From an uncultured virus (IMG/VR IMGVR_UViG_3300035698_035306) (taxonomy: Duplodnaviria > Heunggongvirae > Uroviricota > Caudoviricetes), in the IMG/VR virus record IMGVR_UViG_3300035698_035306: a stretch of 64,000 bases of DNA; one strand, given 5' to 3'. Under the pieces are notes generated by a model. The model did no database searches. It was not told the DNA's origin and was given only the letters and a program-made list of their open reading frames with translations. Positions 27,162 to 35,315 of the stretch are shown here, in pieces; position 1 is the first letter of the stretch, and each line of letters starts with the position of its first letter. The translations under genes and the position numbers were made by a program.

Positions 27162-27783
27162 TTTTCAAAAATTTAATCCATGTTATTAATCCTGATGTAG
27201 CTAACATTGAGAATAAGAAATATTCTACTGACATAAATAAAATACCCTTTAATATGTAGAGTACAATACAAACGATGTCAACTGATATCCATAAAACCCA
27301 AGTTTCAATTTTCTTTTGAGCCATTAAAACAACTGCTATTATACTTGCAGTAGTTGTAAATGCATCGAAATATGGGTAAGCAGCTGGCTGACTGAAGAAC
27401 TGTGGTAGCATCTCATGTATGTGTGACATATAACTTCCTATAAATATCGTCCCAGCTGTGACTAAAAATAGCACTAGAGTAATTTGATTCTTATCTAATC
27501 TACTTATAGTTTTCTTTGCATCTTTTTTACTCCAATTTATCCAACCGTATATTCCTATAATTATAAACCAGACTTGTAGAAACATGTCGGAATACAAATT
27601 TACTTGATAAAATAGAATTAAGAATGCAGCTGCATTAATAATACCAATTGGCCAAGTCAGAACATTAGCCCTGACACTGTACCAAACACATATCAGACCA
27701 GTAATAGTTCCGATAAGTTCTATTAAGCTGACCTGATATCCAAGTACTTCAAATAATACGTTATGAATACTTATAATGTCCAT
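27136..27783 (-). CDS. pnuC: PnuC nicotinamide riboside transporter
   Basis: WPIGI, YGWINW, DAFTT, KKIETWVLWISVD; multiple TM segments. Confidence 0.92.
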   Translation of the reverse strand: MDIISIHNVLFEVLGYQVSLIELIGTITGLICVWYSVRANVLTWPIGIINAAAFLILFYQVNLYSDMFLQVWFIIIGIYGWINWSKKDAKKTISRLDKNQITLVLFLVTAGTIFIGSYMSHIHEMLPQFFSQPAAYPYFDAFTTTASIIAVVLMAQKKIETWVLWISVDIVCIVLYILKGILFMSVEYFLFSMLATSGLITWIKFLKNEKRTSIR

Positions 27784-29789
27784 TTAAGTGATATGTAAAA
27801 GTTTGTTGGAGCTTGAACGAAATATCTTGCATCTCCATATACGTTTAAGTGACCATGAGAATAATATTTCTGATTAGTCAAATTATTTCCTCTTACTGTT
27901 ATGTCAAATTGGTGAAATTTATAACCAACAGCTGCATTGATTGTATAAAATTCTGGAAGTTCTAAATCATTACCAAAATCTAAATAAGACTTACTTTGAT
28001 ATCTTGCATTGAAACATAGATATAAATTCTTATATTTGTAATAGAAGTCTTGATTAACAATTATTGCTGGAGTTAGAATAGGTTCAAATTGTACACCATC
28101 TTCTGTAATACGATTCATCGAGAATGATGAGTTATTACGTACTCCAAATCTTTTAGTTAAATCATATTGAACATCTAATTCAATACCACTCTTAGTACTT
28201 TCAGCTACGTTACTATGTAATGCAATTCCATTTGGGCCGAATTGACCATTAAGTGCTATTTCATTCTCAAATTGCATATGATATAAGTTAGCAAATATAT
28301 GACCTTTCTTTGCAAAGTATCTATAACCAAGTTCGTGGTCGAGTACTTCTTCTGGTACGATGTTACTATAGATACCGTTACCTAAGCTATCACTCATTAA
28401 GTTATCTTCACCATAGAATATATCAGTACGTGATGGTTCTCGTGATGTAGTTCCTATACTGTAGTAGAAAGTATTCTTACCCATTTTGTATTGTAAACCT
28501 GCATGTGGTGTAATAAAGTCCCATTGCATTTTGTCCATTGTAGCATCACCTTCATATGAAAATTCAGCATGTCTATAACTAACATCTGCAAAAAATACTA
28601 AGCCTTTAATATCATAAGTTGCTTTAGCGAATCCACTGTATTCATTTTTAGTTCCAGTATTAGTATACAGTTCACCGATTTTAGCTTCTGAACCTAAGTG
28701 AGTTCTTTGAAACGTATTACCATGTATTCCTGTATAGAATTTAAAAGCTTTATTAGTATATGAATAATTTACAAAAGCTCCAACAAAGTTATGTACTAAG
28801 TTATAATTATAGACTGCACTGTCGATAGCACCTTCTGGTAATTCTAAGAAAGCATTCAAATCAAAATCATAATTTCCTTGAAGGTGATTATAATAGACTG
28901 TGCTTGAAAGTTTTGACTTATCAGATATAAAGTATGTATGTTGTAACTTAACTAAGCTCTGTAAGAAATTATCTTTCTCATTTTCGAAATTTGTATTATA
29001 TCGCGGGTTAGCTTTAAGTGAATCCATTGGACTTCCTAGCCATACCATATCATTTTTCTGATGTCCTATAAAACCTGTAAGCTTTAAAAGGTGTTTGTTC
29101 TTTACATATCCAGTACTGAATAGAACAGAACGTGAGTCATTTCCTGAATGTTCTTTATAACCATCAGTATGTATGTTTGAACCTCTTATATAGAACCCAA
29201 AGTTCTTTCTTTTACCGCTGTAATATTCTACATACTCTCGATGTGTATTATAAGAACCGTAGTCAATTCCAACTTGTAATGATGTATCTCCAAATAAGAG
29301 CGGGGATTGAAAGTTAATACTTCCTCCGTAACTTGCAACACCATTTGAAGATGTTCCAATACCTCTTTGTATTTGAATAGAACTTACTGAATTTATAAAA
29401 TCTGGATAGTTATTAAAGTAGACTCCCTGGTCTTCACCTTCATTAAGCGGAACGCCATCCCATGTCATGTTAATTCTGGTCTGGTCTATACCTCTTAAAC
29501 GGAAGTATGAATAACCTACCATATTCCCAGCATCTGAATAACTGTTTACACTTGGAGTTTGATTTAAAAGGAATGCAGGTTCCTGACCAACACTCTTTTC
29601 GTTTAACTCTTTAGCGTCAATATTCTTGTACGTGATTGGAGTACTCTTATTAGCTCGATAGAATGTTATTACGCATTCTTCTAATAACACGGCATCTGTT
29701 GAATCAGGAACCGCAGTAGTGTCTGTTTGCGCGAAACTCAACGTCGCTGCAAATAATAGACTAAATAATAGTAATGTGAATTTCTTCAT
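27771..29789 (-). CDS. TonB-dependent outer-membrane receptor
   Basis: Signal peptide; plug RLRGIDQTRIN...SIQIQRG...GGSINF; beta-barrel with NNLTNQKY and C-terminal W-T-L. Confidence 0.92.
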   Translation of the reverse strand: MKKFTLLLFSLLFAATLSFAQTDTTAVPDSTDAVLLEECVITFYRANKSTPITYKNIDAKELNEKSVGQEPAFLLNQTPSVNSYSDAGNMVGYSYFRLRGIDQTRINMTWDGVPLNEGEDQGVYFNNYPDFINSVSSIQIQRGIGTSSNGVASYGGSINFQSPLLFGDTSLQVGIDYGSYNTHREYVEYYSGKRKNFGFYIRGSNIHTDGYKEHSGNDSRSVLFSTGYVKNKHLLKLTGFIGHQKNDMVWLGSPMDSLKANPRYNTNFENEKDNFLQSLVKLQHTYFISDKSKLSSTVYYNHLQGNYDFDLNAFLELPEGAIDSAVYNYNLVHNFVGAFVNYSYTNKAFKFYTGIHGNTFQRTHLGSEAKIGELYTNTGTKNEYSGFAKATYDIKGLVFFADVSYRHAEFSYEGDATMDKMQWDFITPHAGLQYKMGKNTFYYSIGTTSREPSRTDIFYGEDNLMSDSLGNGIYSNIVPEEVLDHELGYRYFAKKGHIFANLYHMQFENEIALNGQFGPNGIALHSNVAESTKSGIELDVQYDLTKRFGVRNNSSFSMNRITEDGVQFEPILTPAIIVNQDFYYKYKNLYLCFNARYQSKSYLDFGNDLELPEFYTINAAVGYKFHQFDITVRGNNLTNQKYYSHGHLNVYGDARYFVQAPTNFYISLKWTL

Positions 29790-29860
29790 GCTTGATTTAT
29801 TTTAATTGTTTAAATGATTAGATGTAAACTTAAATATAAATCTCGCAACAAGAAAGGATT

Positions 29861-30937
29861 TTATGAATTTATCTGCCCAGAATCTGTAAACTCTTTATAA
29901 GACTCAGGGATTAATTTATTTTCATATGCACGAATTGGTCTTTCCGATGATTTTTCACAATCGTCTTCACAATAAGTGTCAAAAGCTTCTTGATTCATAA
30001 CCTTTGAACCATCTCTTGATTTGTCAAGTGATTCTTTAGTAATCTTACCCATTGATTTTAATTGTGTTAGAGCTTTATCGTAATCCCATTCGTAAACTAC
30101 TAATGAAATAATAAATTCTTTAAGGTGTGACATTGTAAAACCATCTGAATCTTTCACAAGTTTCTTAATATCTAAATCAAGTTTCTTAATGTCATCTTCA
30201 TTAATTTTAGCTTCGAAGTATAATTTTCTATCTTCTGCAGTTGGGTCAGTAACCTCATATTTCTGGTCAAATCTTGAAGGTCTGTTAACTATGTTTTCTT
30301 CAAGTCTTTCAGGATAGTTAGTTGTTGCTAAGTAACAAATATTGTTCATTTGTTTAATACCATCAAGTAAGTTTAAGATAACTGATTTATTCATTGAGTC
30401 TTGCATAAGACCATCTAAGTCTTCCATGATAACAAGTATCTTTCTATCAGGTTCTACTTCTCTTAAATTGTAAATAAGCTTCTCAAACATGTCAGCATAC
30501 TTAGGGAAATAAAGAACTACAACATTCTGCTCTTCTACTAATTGACTAACAAGTTTGTTTATAATAAAGGTCTTACCGTTACCAGGTCTTCCATACATAA
30601 GAATACCTCTCTTATGATTATAACCGTGACTTAAATAATGTTCACCTTTACCGTAAAAGTCTACAATATTTTCTACAATTTCTTGGTATGTTGGATTTGA
30701 TAATTCAATGATGTCATCTATATTAAGAAGGATTTTCTTAACGTAATAGCCTTGTTGATTAGCTTCTACAGTATAGACACCAGCTGTAAGTGTATTCTTA
30801 GTGAATGATGTTGGCATAAATGAGTTGGTACCAACTTTGGCCCATTGGACAAAATTTCTTGCTTCTTCTTCTAATTCTTGTCCACTCTTTTTAGTAGAGA
30901 TAGTTTCTCCGTATTCTTCGAATAATTTAAACTTCAT
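29861..30937 (-). CDS. AAA+ ATPase
   Basis: GRPGNGKT, MEDLD, LLDG, ATTNYPE, RPSRFD. Confidence 0.92.
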   Translation of the reverse strand: MKFKLFEEYGETISTKKSGQELEEEARNFVQWAKVGTNSFMPTSFTKNTLTAGVYTVEANQQGYYVKKILLNIDDIIELSNPTYQEIVENIVDFYGKGEHYLSHGYNHKRGILMYGRPGNGKTFIINKLVSQLVEEQNVVVLYFPKYADMFEKLIYNLREVEPDRKILVIMEDLDGLMQDSMNKSVILNLLDGIKQMNNICYLATTNYPERLEENIVNRPSRFDQKYEVTDPTAEDRKLYFEAKINEDDIKKLDLDIKKLVKDSDGFTMSHLKEFIISLVVYEWDYDKALTQLKSMGKITKESLDKSRDGSKVMNQEAFDTYCEDDCEKSSERPIRAYENKLIPESYKEFTDSGQINS

Positions 30938-30987
30938 GCCGTATACTTATTTTTATTATATATCAGCTTTATTTAGTTAACTCTTTG

Positions 30988-31061
30988 CACGCCTGGTAGG
31001 AATCGAACCTACAACCACTGGTTTTGGAGACCAGCATTCTACCTAATTGAACTACAGACGT
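30988..31061 (-). tRNA. tRNA-Trp(CCA)
   Basis: Loop CTCCAAA. Confidence 0.92.
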
Positions 31062-31079
31062 GTATAGTTTATATGTTAG

Positions 31080-31149
31080 CACGCCTGGCAGGAATCGAAC
31101 CCGCTTACCGAGGGGTTGGAATCCTGGTTGCTGCCGTTGCATCAGACGT
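31080..31149 (-). tRNA. tRNA-Trp(CCA), atypical
   Basis: Loop TTCCAAC. Confidence 0.65.
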
Positions 31150-31153
31150 ATGT

Positions 31154-31223
31154 TGGGACCTTAATAGGAATTGAACCTACGTTAAACCATCATTGCAGTG
31201 CGCATATCTGCTAATAAAGTCCA
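31154..31223 (-). ncRNA. degenerate tRNA-like RNA
   Basis: GGACTTT/AAGGTCC acceptor, TAGGTTCAATTCCTA T arm. Confidence 0.4.
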
Positions 31224-31226
31224 TTT

Positions 31227-31301
31227 GGGTGAAGGACGAGAATCGAACTCGCGACGACCAGAACCACAATCTGGCGCTCTACCTACTGAGCTACCTCCAC
31301 C
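31227..31301 (-). tRNA. tRNA-His(GTG)
   Basis: Loop TTGTGGT. Confidence 0.92.
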
Positions 31302-31308
31302 ATGTTAA

Positions 31309-31500
31309 TTATTCAAGTTCACTATCAATGAACTTCTTTACATCTTGTTTTTCTGAACGCTTTTCACTTCTGTATTCGCGTTTCAAATCTTCAAGATGTG
31401 CCTTTCTGTGACGGGTACTTTCAAAACTAAGATTTTTCATGTCACGTTTCTTATCTTTAATAGCTTCTCTTTTCTGTCTGTAATACTTATCGTTTTTCAT
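31309..31500 (-). CDS. small basic coiled-coil protein (MKNDKYY...)
   Basis: ORF between the two His tRNAs. Confidence 0.6.
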   Translation of the reverse strand: MKNDKYYRQKREAIKDKKRDMKNLSFESTRHRKAHLEDLKREYRSEKRSEKQDVKKFIDSELE

Positions 31501-31516
31501 TACAATTTTTATTTTG

Positions 31517-31603
31517 GGTGAAGGACGAGATTCGAACTCGCGACCTCTCGGTTCACAGCCGAGTGCTCTAAGCTTTCGCAAACCAACTGAGCTACAATCA
31601 CCA
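31517..31603 (-). tRNA. tRNA-His(GTG) with a GC-GAAA-GC hairpin in the D loop
   Basis: Loop CTGTGAA. Confidence 0.85.
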
Positions 31604-31615
31604 TGTTAGTTATTA

Positions 31616-31729
31616 GGTGGGGCAGGCACGATTTAACATGCTATCTTCAAATTTACGGTTTGTTGCTTAGTTTTTAAGTTTTCTAAGTGAAGTATATGAC
31701 GTCACTAATTTTTATTTAGCTTCTGCCCC
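31616..31729 (-). ncRNA. tRNA-like RNA (GTA loop) with the ACUUAGAA module in the D loop
   Basis: GGGGCAG/CTGCCCC acceptor; insert TTAGTGA..TCACTTAGAAAACT. Confidence 0.7.
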
Positions 31730-31734
31730 ATATG

Positions 31735-31817
31735 TGTGCCAGATTGGATTCGAACCAATGTACTCCGAAGAGACCGGATTTACAGTCCGGCGCCTTTAAC
31801 CGCTCAGCCACTGACAC
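31735..31817 (-). tRNA. tRNA-Tyr(GTA)
   Basis: Loop CTGTAAA, long variable arm. Confidence 0.93.
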
Positions 31818-31828
31818 ATATTTAATTG

Positions 31829-31897
31829 TGGGACGAGTAGGAATCGAACCTACCTGCTAGAGGGTTACAACCTCGGCTATCGCCTTGAGACCGTCCC
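31829..31897 (-). tRNA. tRNA-Tyr(GTA), atypical short form
   Basis: GAGG-TTGTAAC-CCTC. Confidence 0.6.
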
Positions 31898-31931
31898 AAT
31901 TAAATTTTTATTGCAAGAAAAGAAAGAACAT

Positions 31932-31973
31932 AAAAAAAGCCTAAAGAACATTTTGAGAATGTAGCTTTAGGCT
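31932..31973 (-). terminator. attenuator terminator 5
   Basis: AGCCTAAAG..ACATT-CTCAA-AATGT..CTTTAGGC+T7. Confidence 0.85.
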
Positions 31974-32010
31974 GTTATATTTGAAAGGAGGTGCTGTGAT
32001 TTATCTACCG

Positions 32011-32088
32011 TCAATTTAACATTATACTACACTCTTGGTTTTGATACCAATAATGATGAAGTGCGTTATGTATGTTTAAATTGTTCAT
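32011..32088 (-). promoter_or_regulatory. leader peptide 5 MNNLNIHNALHHYWYQNQECSIMLN
   Basis: CAT CAT TAT TGG TAT control codons; AGAGTGTAGT antiterminator. Confidence 0.9.
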
Positions 32089-32178
32089 TGTTTCTATTTG
32101 TTAAGATATTATATATCTATGTTTGTTTGTTATTCTATACTAAAGTAAGATAAAGTTTCGCAATTTGAAAGCTTTTTC

Positions 32179-32802
32179 TTAGAATCTTTTATTTTTCTTT
32201 CTATTTTTCTTATAATTTCTTCTTTCTCTACTACTATTTAAGATGTCTCTACGTTCATCATTTCTTACAAGATGTTCTCGGTTATATAATTCCGCTTTGA
32301 CCTGCTTACGTGTAACGTGAGTACCTTCTATGTACAAATCTTTATCTACTGTATGATACTCGTCATACTCGTAGTAATAATAAGAACGTGCTGAGCGTTG
32401 TAAGAATGCTAATAATCTTTTCGTATCAATCTTCTTTAAGACTTCAGGTATTTCTACCTTGCTCATATCTTGTTTTGTTCTTTGCCAAGCTTTAACGTTT
32501 TCGTAATACTTAAATCCAGTTGATACATCGCATGTACCGTCTTTATTTACTTTTCTTACAATTCCGCCAACTTGTTTAAAGCTACCATTTACTTTAACTC
32601 TAATGCTACAAGTTTCATCTATCTCAAATACATGAGGTTCGTATGTACTATAACATCGTGATGGGTGTTGTTTACGTTTAAGTGCAACATCTTTCTGTTG
32701 TCTTAATGACCAAAGTTTTTCCCAATGTTCGATTGATAAATGTTTCTCTGAGATATCTCTCTCATTATATAATTTTTCTAATGCTTCTGTTTCTATACTC
32801 AT
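32179..32802 (-). CDS. hypothetical protein with a basic C-terminal tail
   Basis: ORF track. Confidence 0.7.
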   Translation of the reverse strand: MSIETEALEKLYNERDISEKHLSIEHWEKLWSLRQQKDVALKRKQHPSRCYSTYEPHVFEIDETCSIRVKVNGSFKQVGGIVRKVNKDGTCDVSTGFKYYENVKAWQRTKQDMSKVEIPEVLKKIDTKRLLAFLQRSARSYYYYEYDEYHTVDKDLYIEGTHVTRKQVKAELYNREHLVRNDERRDILNSSRERRNYKKNRKKNKRF

Positions 32803-32968
32803 AATATTGCTTAATTTTTAATTTAACATTACTTGGCTAATATACCAAATGTTTTTGACTTACCAAAGTGTTTCTGTAAAAATCTATGCAACAATCATGA
32901 CGTTATTCCTTTTTAATTATTTTTATATTACTAATGTACTAATTTATCTCGCAATAAAAAAGTATTTG

Positions 32969-33038
32969 TCGCGTACATCAGGTTCGAACTGATTTATCGC
33001 AGGATATGAGCCCGTGACCTTTTCCTCTAAGCTACGCA
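32969..33038 (-). tRNA. tRNA-Met(CAT), elongator, atypical
   Basis: Loop CTCATAT. Confidence 0.65.
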
Positions 33039-33046
33039 ATATTTAG

Positions 33047-33119
33047 AAGCTCTACACAGAATCGAACTGTGGTCTTCTGGTTCAAAACCAGGTGTAATTA
33101 CCGTTATACGATAGAGCAA
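33047..33119 (-). tRNA. tRNA-Gln(TTG)
   Basis: Loop TTTTGAA. Confidence 0.85.
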
Positions 33120-33123
33120 TATG

Positions 33124-33194
33124 TTGTCTTACAAGGATTCGAACCTTGAACGCCTGGACCAAAACCAGATGTGTTACCATTACACCATAAGACA
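33124..33194 (-). tRNA. tRNA-Gln(TTG)
   Basis: Loop TTTTGGT. Confidence 0.9.
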
Positions 33195-33204
33195 ATGTTT
33201 TTTG

Positions 33205-33276
33205 TTGCTCTGCCAAGATTCGAACTTGGGCTACCTGATTCAAAGTCAGGTGTGTTAACCTCTACACTACAGAGCA
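33205..33276 (-). tRNA. tRNA-Gln(TTG)
   Basis: Loop CTTTGAA. Confidence 0.9.
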
Positions 33277-33293
33277 GTTTTTCGATTAAACCT

Positions 33294-33325
33294 AAAAAAA
33301 GGCTTAAGAAGTAAATCTTAAGCCA
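33294..33325 (-). terminator. attenuator terminator 6
   Basis: GGCTTAAGA-TTTACT-TCTTAAGCC+T7. Confidence 0.88.
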
Positions 33326-33352
33326 TCGTTTATGTAAAATATTTTATATCAA

Positions 33353-33424
33353 CTATGAACCTAAGAATTTCCCAACAGTTTGCTGTTGTTGCATTTGCAT
33401 AGTATATTGATAAGTTCTAGTCAT
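33353..33424 (-). promoter_or_regulatory. leader peptide 6 MTRTYQYTMQMQQQQTVGKFLGS
   Basis: ATG CAA ATG CAA CAA CAG CAA control codons; TCTTAGGTT antiterminator. Confidence 0.9.
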
Positions 33425-33444
33425 TGTTTCTATTTGTTTGAGTA

Positions 33445-33500
33445 TTATATATTGTTGTTTGTTTGATTGTTCTATACTAAAGTAAGATAAAGTTTCGCAA
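33445..33500 (-). promoter_or_regulatory. tandem promoter cassette TTGCGA-N-TACTTTAGTATAG followed by ATATA(T)A; also at ~12250-12303, 13706-13760, 25620-25672, 32110-32163
   Basis: Near-identical sequence upstream of five of the six leaders. Confidence 0.75.
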
Positions 33501-33755
33501 TTACAAAGCTTTTTCTTCTTCTATTTCACATAGAGTATGTAAAGCGCTTTCTAGGCTTACAACTACATCGTAAAGTTTTTTATTGGGTTTTATACTATAA
33601 TTCTTAATTAAATCTGTATAGACAGTATTTAACTTTTTATTCTTTGAACCGGCTATTAAATGCGGCTGTGGTTTTAAATTAAAATCAAATGTCTTCTTCT
33701 GCTTCATTTCTAACTTAGGTACCCAATCTGTGCTACCCGATACGTTATCATCCAT
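33501..33755 (-). CDS. hypothetical protein
   Basis: ORF track. Confidence 0.55.
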   Translation of the reverse strand: MDDNVSGSTDWVPKLEMKQKKTFDFNLKPQPHLIAGSKNKKLNTVYTDLIKNYSIKPNKKLYDVVVSLESALHTLCEIEEEKAL

Positions 33756-33776
33756 AAGTTTTTATCTTTTTATTAT

Positions 33777-34151
33777 TTATCCATGTTTTAGTTTTACCAT
33801 TGTCACATGTTTACATCTACCTTTAAATGTGAAACCTTTACATGAGCAGCTCCATTTACTATTCACTCTTACAACATCATATGCTTCACCTGTTCTGCTG
33901 CTCTCAACTGTCTCATACATATCTGGTAAATTAGTAGCAACCATTTCTGGTGTCCAAGTTCCTGCTAAATATGCGTCAATTTCTTCAGTAGTGCAACCTC
34001 TTCCAGGTGCAGGTTTCGGAACTTCCTTTTCCCAGTTTGCATAAACTTCTTCAAGCGTAATATCCATTGGTACCTCATGATAACCTGGAACTACGAATCG
34101 TTTTCCGTTTAATGTGCAAAGTCCTGGTGGCAAAAAGCTTTTGAATTTCAT
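33777..34151 (-). CDS. SWIM zinc-finger protein
   Basis: WSCSCKGF...CKH. Confidence 0.8.
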   Translation of the reverse strand: MKFKSFLPPGLCTLNGKRFVVPGYHEVPMDITLEEVYANWEKEVPKPAPGRGCTTEEIDAYLAGTWTPEMVATNLPDMYETVESSRTGEAYDVVRVNSKWSCSCKGFTFKGRCKHVTMVKLKHG

Positions 34152-34217
34152 ATGTCTATGTGTTAATTACAAGACTAAAGTAACAATATTTCCTCAGAAG
34201 CCAAAGCAATTCTCAGT

Positions 34218-35315
34218 TTATTTTGGCAAATATTTATGTGCTGTTTTTGGGTCAAGTATAAGTAGTTGTCTAATCGCAGTTGAACTAACGTGTGAATAAT
34301 CTATATCACATGGTAAATAAACAACTTTGTAGTCACTTTTCATATCAGTCATAAATCTCCCTTGATTTATCTCATAATCTAAATCTGCACCGTTTCTTAA
34401 ACCCTTAACTACTGTAACATCACAATGTTCACTCTCATAATCTGAGATAAAATCAGTTAACAATCCTTTGATATATACAACTTCATTATATCTAGTAGCT
34501 TGCATATTATTTAAAGATTCTAATGCTTGTTTAGTTGCATCAGCTTTATTTGGATTATGGCCAACTGCAATAATAACTTTATCAAAAATCTCTTCAGCTT
34601 GTTTCAAAATAGCTAAATGACCTTTATGGAAAGGATTAAATGAACCTGGGTAAACCACAACTCTAACTTTCCTACATTTTATAAAATCAATTAACTCATG
34701 TATATAATGATTGTCTGTTGGTCTAATCAGTATGAGCTTGTTTAGGACAGCTATTCTACCCTCTACATATTGAGCATAAGGAACATGTTGATACTCCTTA
34801 AAAATCTGGTTTTCATATTCTACAAGCTGTTCGATTGTAGCATCATAGATAGAACCTATATCAAATTTTCTAAAGATTCTAGATAATTCTGTAGTAGTTT
34901 CATCATTAATATTTGACTCATGAATTATCTTAGTTACATTTGATGTAATTTCAGTATGTAAGAATCCAGTTGTCTCATCAAAATAAAATGCAGACTTCTT
35001 TTCATTATCACTTTTCTTAGGGTCATATATGACGTCATGATAAAATGCAGCTAGTATTAATATAGCTACTTGTTCTTCAGTGAATGACATTACTTCTGTA
35101 ATGTTTTCAATTGACTTTATAATATAGTCAAGATGGTCGAGTGTGTGAAATACTCGATGAGGTTCCTGCCATCTTTTAATTACATCATTTGCTAATTCCT
35201 CAGCATGACGAATCTCTTGCCAGCAATGTATATGTAATAAATCTTTGAGCTGGTCTCTATAAACATCAACGGTGTTGTGTATTGAACCAGCAGCTTTAAT
35301 TGTATAACTTTTCAT
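34218..35315 (-). CDS. HD phosphohydrolase fused to a CoaD-like adenylyltransferase
   Basis: HRVFHTLDH, YHDVIYD...NE; YPGSFNPFHKGH, KGLRN--D-DYE, SSTAIR. Confidence 0.82.
   Translation of the reverse strand: MKSYTIKAAGSIHNTVDVYRDQLKDLLHIHCWQEIRHAEELANDVIKRWQEPHRVFHTLDHLDYIIKSIENITEVMSFTEEQVAILILAAFYHDVIYDPKKSDNEKKSAFYFDETTGFLHTEITSNVTKIIHESNINDETTTELSRIFRKFDIGSIYDATIEQLVEYENQIFKEYQHVPYAQYVEGRIAVLNKLILIRPTDNHYIHELIDFIKCRKVRVVVYPGSFNPFHKGHLAILKQAEEIFDKVIIAVGHNPNKADATKQALESLNNMQATRYNEVVYIKGLLTDFISDYESEHCDVTVVKGLRNGADLDYEINQGRFMTDMKSDYKVVYLPCDIDYSHVSSTAIRQLLILDPKTAHKYLPK

Noticed and set aside
29790..29860. TPP or NAD riboswitch upstream of the TonB receptor
   Set aside because: The intergenic gap is only ~70 bp, holds a promoter, and has no aptamer motifs.
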